Assembly (NCBI GenBank): GCA_964035545.1
Contig: OZ037768.1
Location: forward strand, 10,076,741 to 10,140,740
Direction: 5' to 3'
Length of the DNA: 64,000 nucleotides
Source of the DNA: Bugula neritina
Lineage: Eukaryota > Animalia > Bryozoa
The notes under the pieces were generated by a model that worked only from the letters and a program-made list of their open reading frames with translations, had not been told where the DNA came from and did not search any database. Positions 40,401 through 50,429 of this stretch are shown piece by piece (position 1 is the first letter of the stretch; every line of letters begins with the position of its first letter). The translations under genes were made by a program, and so were the position numbers.

Positions 40401-43400
40401 TTCAAACCTTCCATGACAGCTCCAAGGCAGACCAACACAGTCCACAACAACAAACAACTAAAAGCTAAACAATCACCACTCCAATGGCAAAGTAGGGTGC
40501 GAGTACGATCTAGCTGCCACCATGAAACATTAAGTATAGTGAGTATATAATTACCTGAGAGTTACTCGAAGTATGCAGGCATGACATTGAAATATCGAAA
40601 GAACAATAAAGTGGGGTCTGGCCGGCCAGGGGAAATACAAGGACCAAAAGTATAGTACTGATTTATAATTATTTTATCACAAAGTCTATCGGCGTGTTTA
40701 TCTACTGTAGGCTGACATCTTTCATCTCGTAGTCTCTCGTTCGTCCTTGATCCAATATGTATTTTAATAAACAAATGCACATGGCATTATAACGTAGCAT
40801 CTCGCTAGTCCGTAATTAGTGATAAACAAAAGACACATAATAATATAACAGGTTTAAATTTAAATTCTTTTCTTGGTTGCCAAGGATTTAGATACGCTGG
40901 ACTTCAAAATAAATATCAGTGCTTCTGTGGTAGCGGTGACCTAGAGAAAAATGGTGGCCTGATTTCTGAAAATGATTGCAACAATCCATGTCGTGGTAAT
41001 ACAACTCAGACATGTGGAGGAGCTCATAGACTCTCAGTCTATGAGTTTTTACTACCAAAAACAAGTAAGGATACTAAACGTGGTAAAATGGAAATAGGTG
41101 TACTAGATATGAGTTGGTTAAAAGTTGACCTAGTAAGCATGAATCAATAAAGAGTAGATATAGTGCACATAAGCCAATCACAAGTTAGCATAGTAGAAAT
41201 GGACCAATGAGAAGTAAGTATATTGAATATCAACAAGTAAAAAGTATAATAGACAGCATTTATAACATGATTATTGACACCCTTAAATCGAATCCTATAA
41301 ACACAAACATATATTTCAACTTTGTATTTTGTTCCCTTTATTTAAACACAATTCAGATTCCCACAATAGTAATAGTACTAGTATTAGTACTAGTAGTAAC
41401 ATTAGTACTGTTATTACTATTATAGTACTACTCATGTAAAATTCCCACTCTTTGTCATTCTTGTTTAAATGACTTAAATCATATTAATTTATTTCACATG
41501 TTCCTAACATCTGGTAGAATAGCAACAAGCATAATATATCATTTGCCCACTTTACTCTGCAGATTCTACTAAATGGTGGAAAGTTAATAATATAATCATG
41601 AACATATATGAAAAATCAGTGCAACAGCTTTAACTCTTCTAAAAGCTTCTTATTAAACAGTATAACATCAGCTGAACATAGGGCCATATAGCTAAAGGTT
41701 TCAATCAATACTTCTCTCCCATTGGGACAATTTTGTCAAAAAAATTATTCACTGACTAGTGATAGTTGTTCTTTCATAACTATTCAGCTAGAAAAATATT
41801 TGATAAACATTTTGGTTTTAAAAATATTTCAAGTTCAATCACTGAAAGCTTATTTTAAATTATTAAAAAGCATTGGGATTAGATCAAGCTGTTATTAATC
41901 CTTCCTTAACTTTATTCATACATTAGCGATCATCAATGCTGGCATCTTCCAAAGAGCTAAATTCGTTTCTTTACACTGAAAGGCATAACTCCTCATTCAA
42001 GTATTTACTGCATGGCAAATCTCTACACCAACCACTTTTAGTAATAAAATATAGAAAATAGTCTAAACAAGCAAATAATTTATTTTGCTGAAAATAAAAA
42101 CTATTTGAATGATCATTAAGATGGTTTGTTGTAGATAGACAAGAAGTGTTTGTTTTGCTGGAAGAAAATGTTACCAATTTGAATGTGTTTTTTATTGGGC
42201 GAGCTCAGACCCACCGACAATGTACTGCACGTAACCTGTCTCAACAATATCTTCTGTGAAGGATATACTTATGACAGAGCTGATGGCACATGCAAGCACC
42301 TTGAGAGAACCTGCTCTTTAGCTTCTATAACTATGACACAGGTCTATCTTGTGAAGTCAAAACTTGGCCAGAATTACTGTGGGAAATAAAATTTTCAAAA
42401 CTGATTCTTATCCATTATATAAATTTATTAAACTGTTATTTGATATATTGCATAAACTATGTGTGTGCTTTTGTATATTTAAACATTTCCAAAATTTCTG
42501 CAAACGGTTCTTCCTATATATTGACTATGTGTTTTGTGTTGATAGATATCTGCACACTTTTGAATGTAAAATCACTTTATATTGTACAAATCTTGTGTTT
42601 ACATTAAATCAATGTATCAAAATTGAAGTTGTCTGTCCCTTTTTAATGAAAATAAATGCTGTCCATGAGAAAAAATTCTCTTTACGTCTTTAACTATGGC
42701 ATAAATCTATTTTGCAAAATCAAAAATCTGCCAAAAATACTGTGCAAACTGACTAAAAACTGAGTGGGGCACATTATACGCAATGAATTTTACAATATAC
42801 CATATAGTGCATGGAATATTTGTGTTTTGAAGTTGTTCATTCACACATTTATGGAGACTTTTGATTAGGGTTCTCCCTAGAGCAAGTTTTCAGTGAATGA
42901 AAAAACTCAAGCGCAATATACAAATAATGCAAAGCTTGATAACTCCATTATATATGCAGAGTTGTCGATACCTGTTTGTTTTCTAGCAAGAACCTCTGTT
43001 AAATAAAAAAAGTTACTTGCAAATTTATATTCAGTGGAGAGCCATGGCTTCGTTATAAAAACCTATAGCAACAAAGATTAATCTCAATATGCTCCACCCT
43101 CTCTCTTTACAGAGTAACGCTGGCAATAGCTTCTGAGTACAGACCAATCAAAGTTCTTCTATTGGCGTCTATATAACAACCTAAATACTTACTGTTGAAT
43201 GTCACAATACCAGTGGCGGCATCTAAATTCAAATATTAGCAGTAGTTCGACTTTGGACTTGTATGATATTAGCAACTCATTGAAAACTGCTTGGCTAAAT
43301 TGTAAATATATGCAATAGTTATATACTTATTCAATGCCATGAGTTTTAACAGCAGCTAAGATTTGATATCATCAGGAAGTTTAAAAGTAACCTATGATTA

Positions 43401-44401
43401 GGATTATCCGCTAGAAGAATGTTTAGTAGTAGTAGTATCATCCAAATGCGTGTCATTTCTTTGCCTTTTCTGATTCAGCTACTTTTTATAAAAAGTTATA
43501 CAAACTTGATGTCAGTTGTCTGTTTTTGCAGCAGCTCATGTTGTCATAGCAATGAAAAGTTTTAACTGTGTTTTGCACTTTTAAAGCCTATTACACTGTG
43601 CGTATTTTCGCATGCGAAAATTGAAATCACAAGTAGCAAAGGTGTCCACTGTGCGCGTTGAGAAAACATTCGCACTTGTCGCTCTGCATTCTCAACGCAA
43701 GTGCGAATCGTCTCTGTCGTCGTCACCTAATTGGCTGGTAGCTATTCAGCGAGCCCAATTTCTTTATTTAGTGCTATATTCCAGTAAATTGCGTTTCATT
43801 GAAAGCGAGTGCGATTTAAAAATGAAAGCTTTATTTATCACGCATCACTGACGCTACAGTGGACACCTTTGCTACTCGTGATTTTAATTTTCGCATGCGA
43901 AAATACGCACAGTGTGGCCCTAGGCTTAGTGAGAGCTTTAATATTGACTTTCTGAAAAGTTTGGGTTTTCAAAAGATCTCAAAAAGTAACAAAGCAATTA
44001 TACGTAATCAAGTGTCTAACCAAGATTAGCTATAGCTAGTATAAATAAGGCATAATATGTTTTAAAACATCTGAGAGAGTTTTATATACTAACTATAAAA
44101 AGTTTTAAACTTCACTTTTGCTTTTTATTATTGATTTGTTATAGATAGACAAAAAGTATTTGTTTTACAAGACGGAGATGTTAGCAACTTGAATGTGATG
44201 TTTATTGGACGAGCTCAGACGCTTGAGAAATGTGCATTAGCTTGTCTCCATAACTACTTGTGTGATGATGGATGTACTTATGACAGGGCTGATGGCACTT
44301 GCAAGTACCTTGAGGGAACCTGCTCCTCAGCTTCTGTAACTTGGACAGGAGTTTATCTTGCAGAGTCCCAACTCAGTCAGAATCACTGTGAAAATGATTA
44401 A
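34484..44401 (+). CDS. Secreted WSC-domain + PAN/Apple-like protein (4 exons; last exon present twice)
   Basis: All introns are phase 1 and GT-AG. Exon 1 34484-34529 MALILMLLLLNIIFT (signal peptide). Exon 2 34741-34854 AADINLGCYMDSNSRTLDG...SVTLCTSYCFKR. Exon 3 40885-41064 GFRYAGLQNKYQCFCG...DCNNPCRGNTTQTCGGAHRLSVY completes the 8-Cys WSC pattern. Exon 4 44145-44401 ...TLEKCALACLHNYLCDDGCTYDRADGTCKY...* has PAN-like CxxxC-C-C spacing. Confidence 0.8.
36021..40850 (-). mobile_element. Full-length Ty3/Gypsy (Mag-like) LTR retrotransposon
   Basis: 328-bp LTRs at 36021-36348 and 40523-40850, TG...CA, identical by eye. 5-bp TSD GGTTT (36016-36020, 40851-40855). PBS TGGTGGCAGC (40513-40522) is complementary to the tRNA-Leu 3' end. 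PPT TAAGAAGGGAGA (36349-36360). Confidence 0.97.
36500..40414 (-). CDS. Single-ORF Gag-Pol polyprotein (Gag with two CCHC knuckles, PR, RT, RNase H, IN)
   Basis: Uninterrupted ORF, first ATG at 40414 (MEGLKAPGELSFEGN). Motifs: CKFCGYTH...C and CHNCGKKNHFEKVC, PR KIDTGA, RT YFDD, RNase H VDASK/KELL/TDHKPL, IN HMGH...CLTC plus D,D,E (AMDIL, LADNM, MAERY). Domain order is the Gypsy order. Confidence 0.96.
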   Translation of the reverse strand: MEGLKAPGELSFEGNVSDNWRKWRRALENYLLASDLVLKPQESGQEPPPENAGINRRQVAILLNQAGEEATEIYGQFDFPAGKSKDVMADVLEQFEAYCNPRRNVLYEWFVFWSLSQSDGEPIDTFVKRLKTQATKCDFGELRDRMLLCRIVFGLTDGKLKERLLRDKNVKLESALDDIRAAEITKQQMSRMAAGDTTMKTVNEINDAAVSTVQSQPGATQNITRSNTRKDNIDCKFCGYTHAKGRCPAYGETCHNCGKKNHFEKVCKGKALAAKQMNSLFIGAVGALSNESKLKSWILPMKVSDKGKANDIQFKIDTGAETNCINLRTVQSLGATLKPTSVCLYGYNKAKIKNVGAVQLTVNHKEHSQSVHFEVVDEDLPPILGLEAAESFGLIRRVDQLSTSILQEFPEVFEGVGRLDGEHEICVDENVKPVVHHPRRVPLSMLDKVKKELDDMEASGIISKVDVPTNWVSSMVCVEKKDGSVRICLDPKDLNRAVRREHHKIPTLEDIAFRFNGMQYYTIMDMKHGYWHVALTKESSLLTTFNTPYGRYCFDRLPFGLHSSAEVFEKKVEQIFGDLPGVSVYFDDIIVAGKTQQEHDANLRKLLVKAKEANVKFNRKKIQLNQTEVRYLGHIVSKDGLRPDPDKIAAIEAMPDPTDREGVQRLIGTLNFLRAYIPNMSACTEPLRVLLKSDSQWVWSKEQMESFQVIKRLLTSEPVLQYFDVTKDAHLQVDASKSGLGAVLLQEGKPVAYALRSLTETECNYPQIDKELLAVVFGCERFHSYLYGRAVHIQTDHKPLVPIMNKSLHKASPRLQRLLLRLQRYRIAEFTYVPGKYLYIADTLSRAYLQRVTNDQCDLEGEVVMVHALETDDSAMNEMRQSYAEDPTMDSLKKALQDGWSWSRRSQAPTEIQPYWNVRSDIYDVDGFLYVEERLIVPKSQRKHILKSLHMGHLGVEKCRELARKSFYWPGLSADIRNEVSSCLTCAKFSNRQQKEPLMSHELPSLPWNKVAMDILSYKNNDYLVVVDCYSHFPELRLLRRKTAEDVVLALKSIFAVHGVPVSILADNMPFSSRIMQTFASSWCFTIVTSSPHYPKSNGMAERYVQTMKAFLKKCEDEREDIYRSLLKYRQSPITGCAFSPAELLFNRALRSDLPITAESLKPVVIEASQQLIANQNLQKKYHDRHARPLADLEPGTPALIRSSTDKEWSPGMIVEQHDSPRSYLVDNGQYIVRRNRVHLKPDNTQTLGVADAADTDVGDAPNESPHMPALPATPLRNAAPPPERQPRSNRGVLPAKYKDFHMG
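42135..42389 (+). pseudogene. Frameshifted duplicate of the PAN-like terminal exon
   Basis: Same acceptor context (TAG|ATAGACA) and colinear with 44145-44401. It has 13 nt instead of 9 nt between the CxxxC cysteines (~42224-42236), which shifts the frame to ...NLSQQYLL*. The downstream ~300 bp is also paralogous. Confidence 0.75.
43585..43926. mobile_element. PIF/Harbinger-like MITE with ~75-bp TIRs
   Basis: AGCCTA..ACACTGTGCGTATTTTCGCATGCGAAAATT..AGTAGCAAAGGTGTCCACTGT is mirrored at 43855-43926. Flanks are TAA / TAG. Confidence 0.8.
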
Positions 44402-44686
44402 AAACTGATGACTTGTATGTATTCTAAAATGCCTAAATTGATAGATGACTAATTTACTGCATAAAATTGTGTGCTTATGTATATTTATTCAATTGTAGAG
44501 TTTTTTGAGCAAAGTTTTCACTAGATTATCAACATGTGCGTAATCTTTGAATGTAATATCATATTTTATATATTATACAATTCTGGTGTCATATATATGC
44601 ATGTTCCATCATTCATTGTAATTGGGGTTGTCTTTTCATGTCTGATGAAAGTAAATTTTATTAACTGCAATATTCAGTTTATGCCG

Positions 44687-46224
44687 CAGTGGTTCTCAAC
44701 CTGGGGGGGGAATTCCCCTACATGAACTCTCCTACAGAATTGCCTTTCTACATGAATGTGTTTATTAATTACTCTACCCCAACTGTTCTCTGTGCTACTT
44801 CAAATGAAGGTCAAAAATATGCAAAAACCAACAGGCCAACTTTCAGCAGTAATGCAAATCAATCTCTATGAACTGTATACTACATACCTAGTGAATATGT
44901 TTGCTACACTAAATAATCTGAACCTAAAAAGGCTGGAGTGCAATCATTGCTTTTTATGGCAGCAATGTTTTTAAAGTTACACTGAAGTGGTGACATCTAT
45001 CAAAAACATGGTGTTTTTCCCCACACTCAACGAACTTTTATAGGAGAAGAACCTGTTCCGATTTTAGGTAAAAATGGCACAGGTAAAAATTGCACACTGG
45101 TGTTAAATTTTCTCAAACCCAAACCTTCAAACCCCCCATCCTGAACGCCTAACCCCCAACTCAAATCTTCAATGCTAATATTGAAAGTGCCAGTTCTACT
45201 TAATTTTCCATTTGTGCTATTATTACCTCTGCCATTTTTACCTGTGCCATCTGTTTCAGATCGTTTTTTAAAAAAACTTCTAGGCTCTCTCTGAAATTTT
45301 AATACAGTTTTCACGGTACCTCCCAAAAAGCAAGAGCTAGATTCTTAGCTTGACATGTGACCCATTGCAACGATTTGTTGAAAAAGTTTCAAAGCAATTA
45401 CAAGAGGATTTTATTGAGTTGGTTCACAATTCAGCAATGAAGGGTGCATGATATGAAAGTTTCCTCAGTTTATGTATTGTAGGTAGTGTCCAGTAAAAAT
45501 GGCCCAGGTAATAATGGCACAAATGGAAAAGTAGGTAAAAATGGCACATGTTTTCAATATTAGGGTGGGGTTTGGAGTTTAAAAGAGGGGTTTGAGGTGA
45601 GGATTTTGGGTTTGTACTTGGGGTTCTGGAGTTTGGGGGGTGGAGTGGGGGTTAGAGTTAGGGAGTGGGGGTTTGGGGTTTGAGTTTGGACAAATTTAAC
45701 ATCAGTGAGCCATTTTTACTTACTTTTCCATTTGTGCCATTATTACCTGTGCCATTTTTACATGCACCAGTTTTATCTAAAATAATTGTGGGTTTCAACA
45801 AGCAAACTCTTCCTACACATAACTGACAAAGCAGAGTTTGGTGCCATCAAGCACCACCTATCTGTGTGAGGTAGGATTCTCATCAATTCAAAGAGAAGAG
45901 AAACTGCCTTAACCTGCAGAGTGACTTAAGATGGACCTGGTCAAACACAGAGCCAGGCTTAAGCAAGCTGGTACAAAAGCATCAAATGAAGCCACGACAT
46001 TAATAATTGAACTGTGCTGTGTTTTATAACATAAAAATAACGATAATATTGCTATTATTATGTAATTATATTATATGCAAATATAATAAAACGAAATATA
46101 TTGCATTGTATCATATATTCTCATTCAGTAAGTCATAAAATCTTTCCGCTCTTCGAAGGGGGGTAAATTAATAGTCAACATTTACGAAAGGGGGGAATAG
46201 TATAAAAAAGGTTGGGAACCACTG
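44687..46224 (+). mobile_element. Defective Buster/Charlie-type hAT element, copy 2 (direct repeat of copy 1)
   Basis: TIRs CAGTGGTTCTCAACCT / AGGTTGGGAACCACTG and the same two nested MITEs. It retains the hAT dimerisation-motif remnant LVPSSTTYLCEVGFSS (~45838-45885) that is deleted in copy 1, and lacks ~140 bp present near the left end of copy 1. Right flank is TCATAGAT. Confidence 0.92.
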
Positions 46225-46671
46225 TCATAGATGCTTTCACAAAACGCAGCCAACAGTTCTTTCATGTATTTATAATAAATAAGATTGCAGTAATATTTTG
46301 GTCGCTGAAAACTATAAGGACTCATGAGCTTACAACACATCTCAATGAAAAGATCACATCTTTTGTAATTTCTGTTAATCTGGTAACTTTTCAACCTTGA
46401 TTTTTATGACTTAGACTATAAAAATGTAAGCTGAAAGGCTGAATAATTGAACTTATTTTGTCAATTGCTTAACATTTGTAAGATAACAGATAGACTGTTG
46501 CACATAAAAATATGCTTTTTCTAGAAGGTTTTGTCCAACAAGATTTCGCATGTGGATGATTCAAGTTTATAAGCTGTGAAGCAGAATCAGTGTATTTTTT
46601 TCCATCCAAAAATGCCCAAAAACATAAAAATGAAATCTTTCAATAAGCAATGAATGAAACTTGATAGAAAT

Positions 46672-46973
46672 TGTAAAATAATTGCCCCCAATGGGAATCG
46701 AACCCAAGTCCTCTGGCTTGCAAGCAAGTGTGCTACCATTACACCATGGAGGCCACTGGGTAAACTCAACACTACATCCCACCCAGTTCTCTGAACTCCA
46801 CTGGCCTATCTACTACTCCTTCAGTTATCAGGCTCCCCTGGCTACTCAACTCCCTCGGAGTACTACTACTACACTTCACTAAAGGCCGAATAGCTTGTAA
46901 ATAATTGCCCCCACTGGGAATCGAACCCGAGCCCCCTGGACTTGCAAGCAAGCGTGCTACCATTACACCACGG
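46672..46973 (-). mobile_element. Element with two direct tRNA-like repeats (46683-46753, 46906-46973) and a ~145-bp spacer
   Basis: Minus strand reads GCCTCCATGGTGTAATGGTAGCAC...GGGTTCGATTCCCATTGGGGGCA, with A-box, B-box, 7-bp acceptor stem and D stem. The anticodon arm does not pair. GAAAT is present on both outer flanks. Confidence 0.7.
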
Positions 46974-48063
46974 AAATGTGTTACCCATTTGCTTCCATGA
47001 GGTTTTGCCTAGTCAAACAAAAAGTAAATAGCAGTAAAAAGGAGCTAGCATTATTCCATAATGGATTGAAAGACTATTGTATACTTTTATTATTGAAGAG
47101 GTGTCATGTAGATATTTTATTGTTGGAATTTTTTTTAGGAATGTTGATTTGCTCACCATTAAAAAAGAAGCAAGGCTTAGTTTGCTTCGATTATAGTTTA
47201 CCGGCTTTCTCTATAATCTAATTTCAAGTGCAACGCAGCAGTTGAGTTCTTAGTTGGTTGAAAAAAACTTCATCACCATGCCAACAATTTCAACTCAAGA
47301 GCTAGCTAGTTTTAACATTTATGACGAATAGAATATCTGCTCACGAAACCTTCCTCGACTTATGCAACGTGCTTGTTTTCTCTACTCATGATTTTTACAG
47401 CTTATAGTGTAGGGGAATAGCTCCGCTTACACTTTCCATGTTGCCTTCACTTGTTTTAGCAAAAGCCATTATATATCTCACCTGATCTACTAGTCAATTG
47501 CCAACTGCAAATTAGCTGGAAAACCACAATGCCCTGCTTACCATATCATTATCAGCAAGAATTAACCCTCTTTACAGAATAAAAAGGAGTGGGCCTCATA
47601 TTATATAGAAACAAAAAACAAACTGAATTTTTGAGACACATAATGGTGTTTATTGCTTGTAGAAACATACAAATAATTTTTCAAAAAACTTTTTGTCAAC
47701 CTTTTAATAACTTTTATGTAGCATATATATACACAAGCTCCATATAAATTGTGTACATTTCATTTTTTTAGTTGTTACTATTTTTTTGTCATTAAGCATC
47801 CAGACATACATGTCCTTTAGGATGTCCACCAAATGCTCCAATAGCCAGCAAGTAGCTTTGCTAACTACTTACGAACAGCCATCTTTCCGGGAGGTTTCAG
47901 TACTTTGTTACAGGAACTCATTCATCACCATACACATACATACAACCTGCTTTAGGACCATTTAATACACAAATTGCTAAAATACAAATTTAAGTGAAAT
48001 TTCGTCTTGCACAAAGCATCAGACATTACAACAATAGAGACTTTAAAGTGTGCATAAGGCAGC

Positions 48064-48982
48064 CTACTCATCTTCTGCAGAACAATCACGGGCCATGTGA
48101 CCAAAGCCCCCACACCGGTAACATTTAATATCTCCTCGGCCTGGTTTGCTGCCACTGCTGCTTGCTTCCTCAGAACAATCTCTTGCAAAGTGTCCCTCAC
48201 CACCACATCTGTAAAAAGGGATATACAATACAATTACCGGAACTCCGAAAAACCAGCTGACCAAGGCACTTCGGTGAGCCTAGCGGTTTTTCAAGAATGA
48301 TTGGCCTAGCCCAGGTCCATTGAATTTCATTTTTACTTCTTAAATCGGATTCAGTCAAACAGAGGTCAATACCAATGATCTATTAATCAAGATAAATGAC
48401 ATATCAGGATGCTTTGCTCTAAAACTGTGGTCGAGTGGGTTTATGGGGACACCAAACAATATGCAATACAGTGCAGGTGAATTAGCAGCTTTATTCTTAT
48501 ACATTAACCTGTAGCAAGTTTTAGTGGCTCCGCCGCCGCCCCTGCCGCTTCTATCAGGGCACTCTCGAGACAAATGCCCCGCTCGACCACAGTTGTAACA
48601 CGAACGGCTTGAAGTATCGCCGCCGCCACCACCACTCGATCGCTCTTCTGGACAGTCTCTAGATAAATGCCCTATTTCTTTACAGTTGTAGCAGGATTTG
48701 GGGGCGCCGCCACGAAAACCACCTCCGCGACTTCCACCACCACTGGGACAAGCTCGTGCCATATGCCCAGTTTCACCACAATTATAACATCCACCTGAAA
48801 AACAATAATTTTATTTGCACCATGGTATCAATATTAATGATTCATCAATTGAAGAACACACTTTACTTTCAACACCTACCTCTATTCCCGCCTTTAGAGC
48901 CACCAGATGCCCCACCATTTTGTTCCGGACATTGCTTAGCCATATGTCCAACTTTTTCACAGTTATAACACTGAATTTCCAT
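48064..48982 (-). CDS. CNBP: CNBP/GIS2-like CCHC zinc-knuckle RNA-binding protein with RGG linkers
   Basis: Exons 48982-48880, 48794-48509 and 48208-48064 join in frame. There are six CX2CX4HX4C knuckles (CYNCEKVGHMAKQC ... CYRCGGFGHMARDC) and GSRGGGFRGG. A probable 5' UTR exon lies near 49790-49870. Orthology to CNBP is inferred from architecture only. Confidence 0.8.
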
Positions 48983-49242
48983 GATGAAATTTCACTTTTT
49001 GTCAGCTGAAAAATTAAATTGGCCAGATGAGAGGCTACCGATTTTTGTTATAGTGGTCCTAACAACAGTGTCATGCAATTCATAGAATTCTTTTTGAAAA
49101 AAGTAACCTTTTTTGGAGATTTGTCAAAATCACTGTATCAAGTTCAACTTTTAGACAGCAACTTCGGATGCAATATAATTTCAAATATGAATTAATCTCA
49201 ACCTGTAATTATCTGATTAAATTTAATAGTAATACTAATAAA

Positions 49243-49413
49243 CGATCTTAGGTAAAAATGGCACAATGACAAATGGAAAGTAGGCAAAATGATATCAAAT
49301 TTTTTCAAACCCTAGTAATAGTAATATTGAAAATGTGCCATTTTTACCTACTTTGCCACTTGTGCCATTATTACCTGGGCCACTATCATTTGTGCCACTA
49401 TTACCGGACACCC
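49243..49413. mobile_element. Short solo copy of the GGTAAAAATGGCACA fold-back MITE in the CNBP-like first intron
   Basis: CGATCTTAGGTAAAAATGGCACA ... TGTGCCATTTTTACCTAC...TGTGCCATTATTACCTGGGCC...TTACCGGACACCC. Confidence 0.65.
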
Positions 49414-50429
49414 TAATAGTAATAAACAGCTAGAAATCGCACTTGTCTAATAATACTATTAATTCCACAGCAACCACAAATAATTATAAACAATGCCTGT
49501 TCGTGTTTTATTTGTGTTCGATCAAGAAACTCTTTATTAGTTATTCATAAATTTTATATAAATATTAAAAAAAATTTTATTCAAAAAAATTAAATGATTT
49601 TTTATTAAAAAAACTTAGACGGACACTATCGGTCTGACTGACACTATCACAACTCTGATCAAGAGTAAGAGTAAAACTAAATCAGTAAATGTAACTAAGG
49701 AGTAAGGTACGTGTAATTGTAAACTTAGTTCAATTCAAAATGAAATTTAATAAAAAATATTATTAAATAGAATATTTTTAGTAATGTACCAACCTTCAAA
49801 CTCTTACACCAAAGCACTGAAACCTCCCCACACTTCTCAACAACACTAAAACGTCTTCAACCATCCAACATGTGGAGCAGAAAGGAAGAGATGAATATCA
49901 AAAAGGCATTATTGGGTTTTCCGTTTAATGTAGACCGCCAAATTATCAACATGATTGCAGAAACTAATTGAAATATTTGACAAAAAGTAAAATGAGAACA
50001 CTGGCAAACTTATACATATTATTAGTGTATAAATGTATCTAGGTATTACATAAACAACAGGCAGCAATCATAAATTACCAATTTTACTTAACACCGTGCG
50101 TTGGCCTCAACTGATACAAAGGTAACTTATCCGCATAGTTTCTGCGGCAATAGGTATTAAACTGTATAATTTATTTCATTGTAATCTAATATAGGACGTC
50201 TAGCTCACGGCAATTAAAATAAGGTCACTCGGCGATTGTATAAAGTCGAACAAAACAAAATGCAATACTAGTACTTATGATAATTATTGATATAATATTA
50301 TTGTTTTTTGTTTATAAAACTTACAAAATAATAATATAATTTAGGAAGTTTGAGATTTTACAAAAATTATTTTCGAAATAATAATCATGTTGATATTATA
50401 ATTATTATTATTTATATGCAAACATCAAC

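Noticed and set aside
40415-40453. Hydrophobic MLLWTVLVCLGAV leader on the 1317-aa ORF, suggesting a signal peptide or env
   Set aside because: It arises from a non-ATG start in the ORF track. The first ATG is at 40414 and there is no room for env.
36060-40780. Two identical 72-aa ORFs (36060-36278, 40562-40780)
   Set aside because: They lie inside the LTRs and have no recognisable domain. Their identity simply reflects LTR identity.
32258-46224. Autonomous hAT transposase, or the two hAT copies as LTRs
   Set aside because: Only stop- and frameshift-ridden remnants exist. The repeats have TIRs and 8-bp flanks, not TG...CA ends with PBS/PPT.
46683-46973. Functional tRNA genes (apparent TGC/GCA anticodon)
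   Set aside because: Anticodon stems do not pair, T stems are mismatched and one copy lacks its 5' acceptor strand. Treated as a tRNA-derived repeat.
42900-47600. Further old interspersed repeats (about 42900-43500 and 47000-47570; also 13700-15130, 30330-30700, 58010-58230)
   Set aside because: They look repeat-like, but ends, TIRs and TSDs could not be defined by eye.
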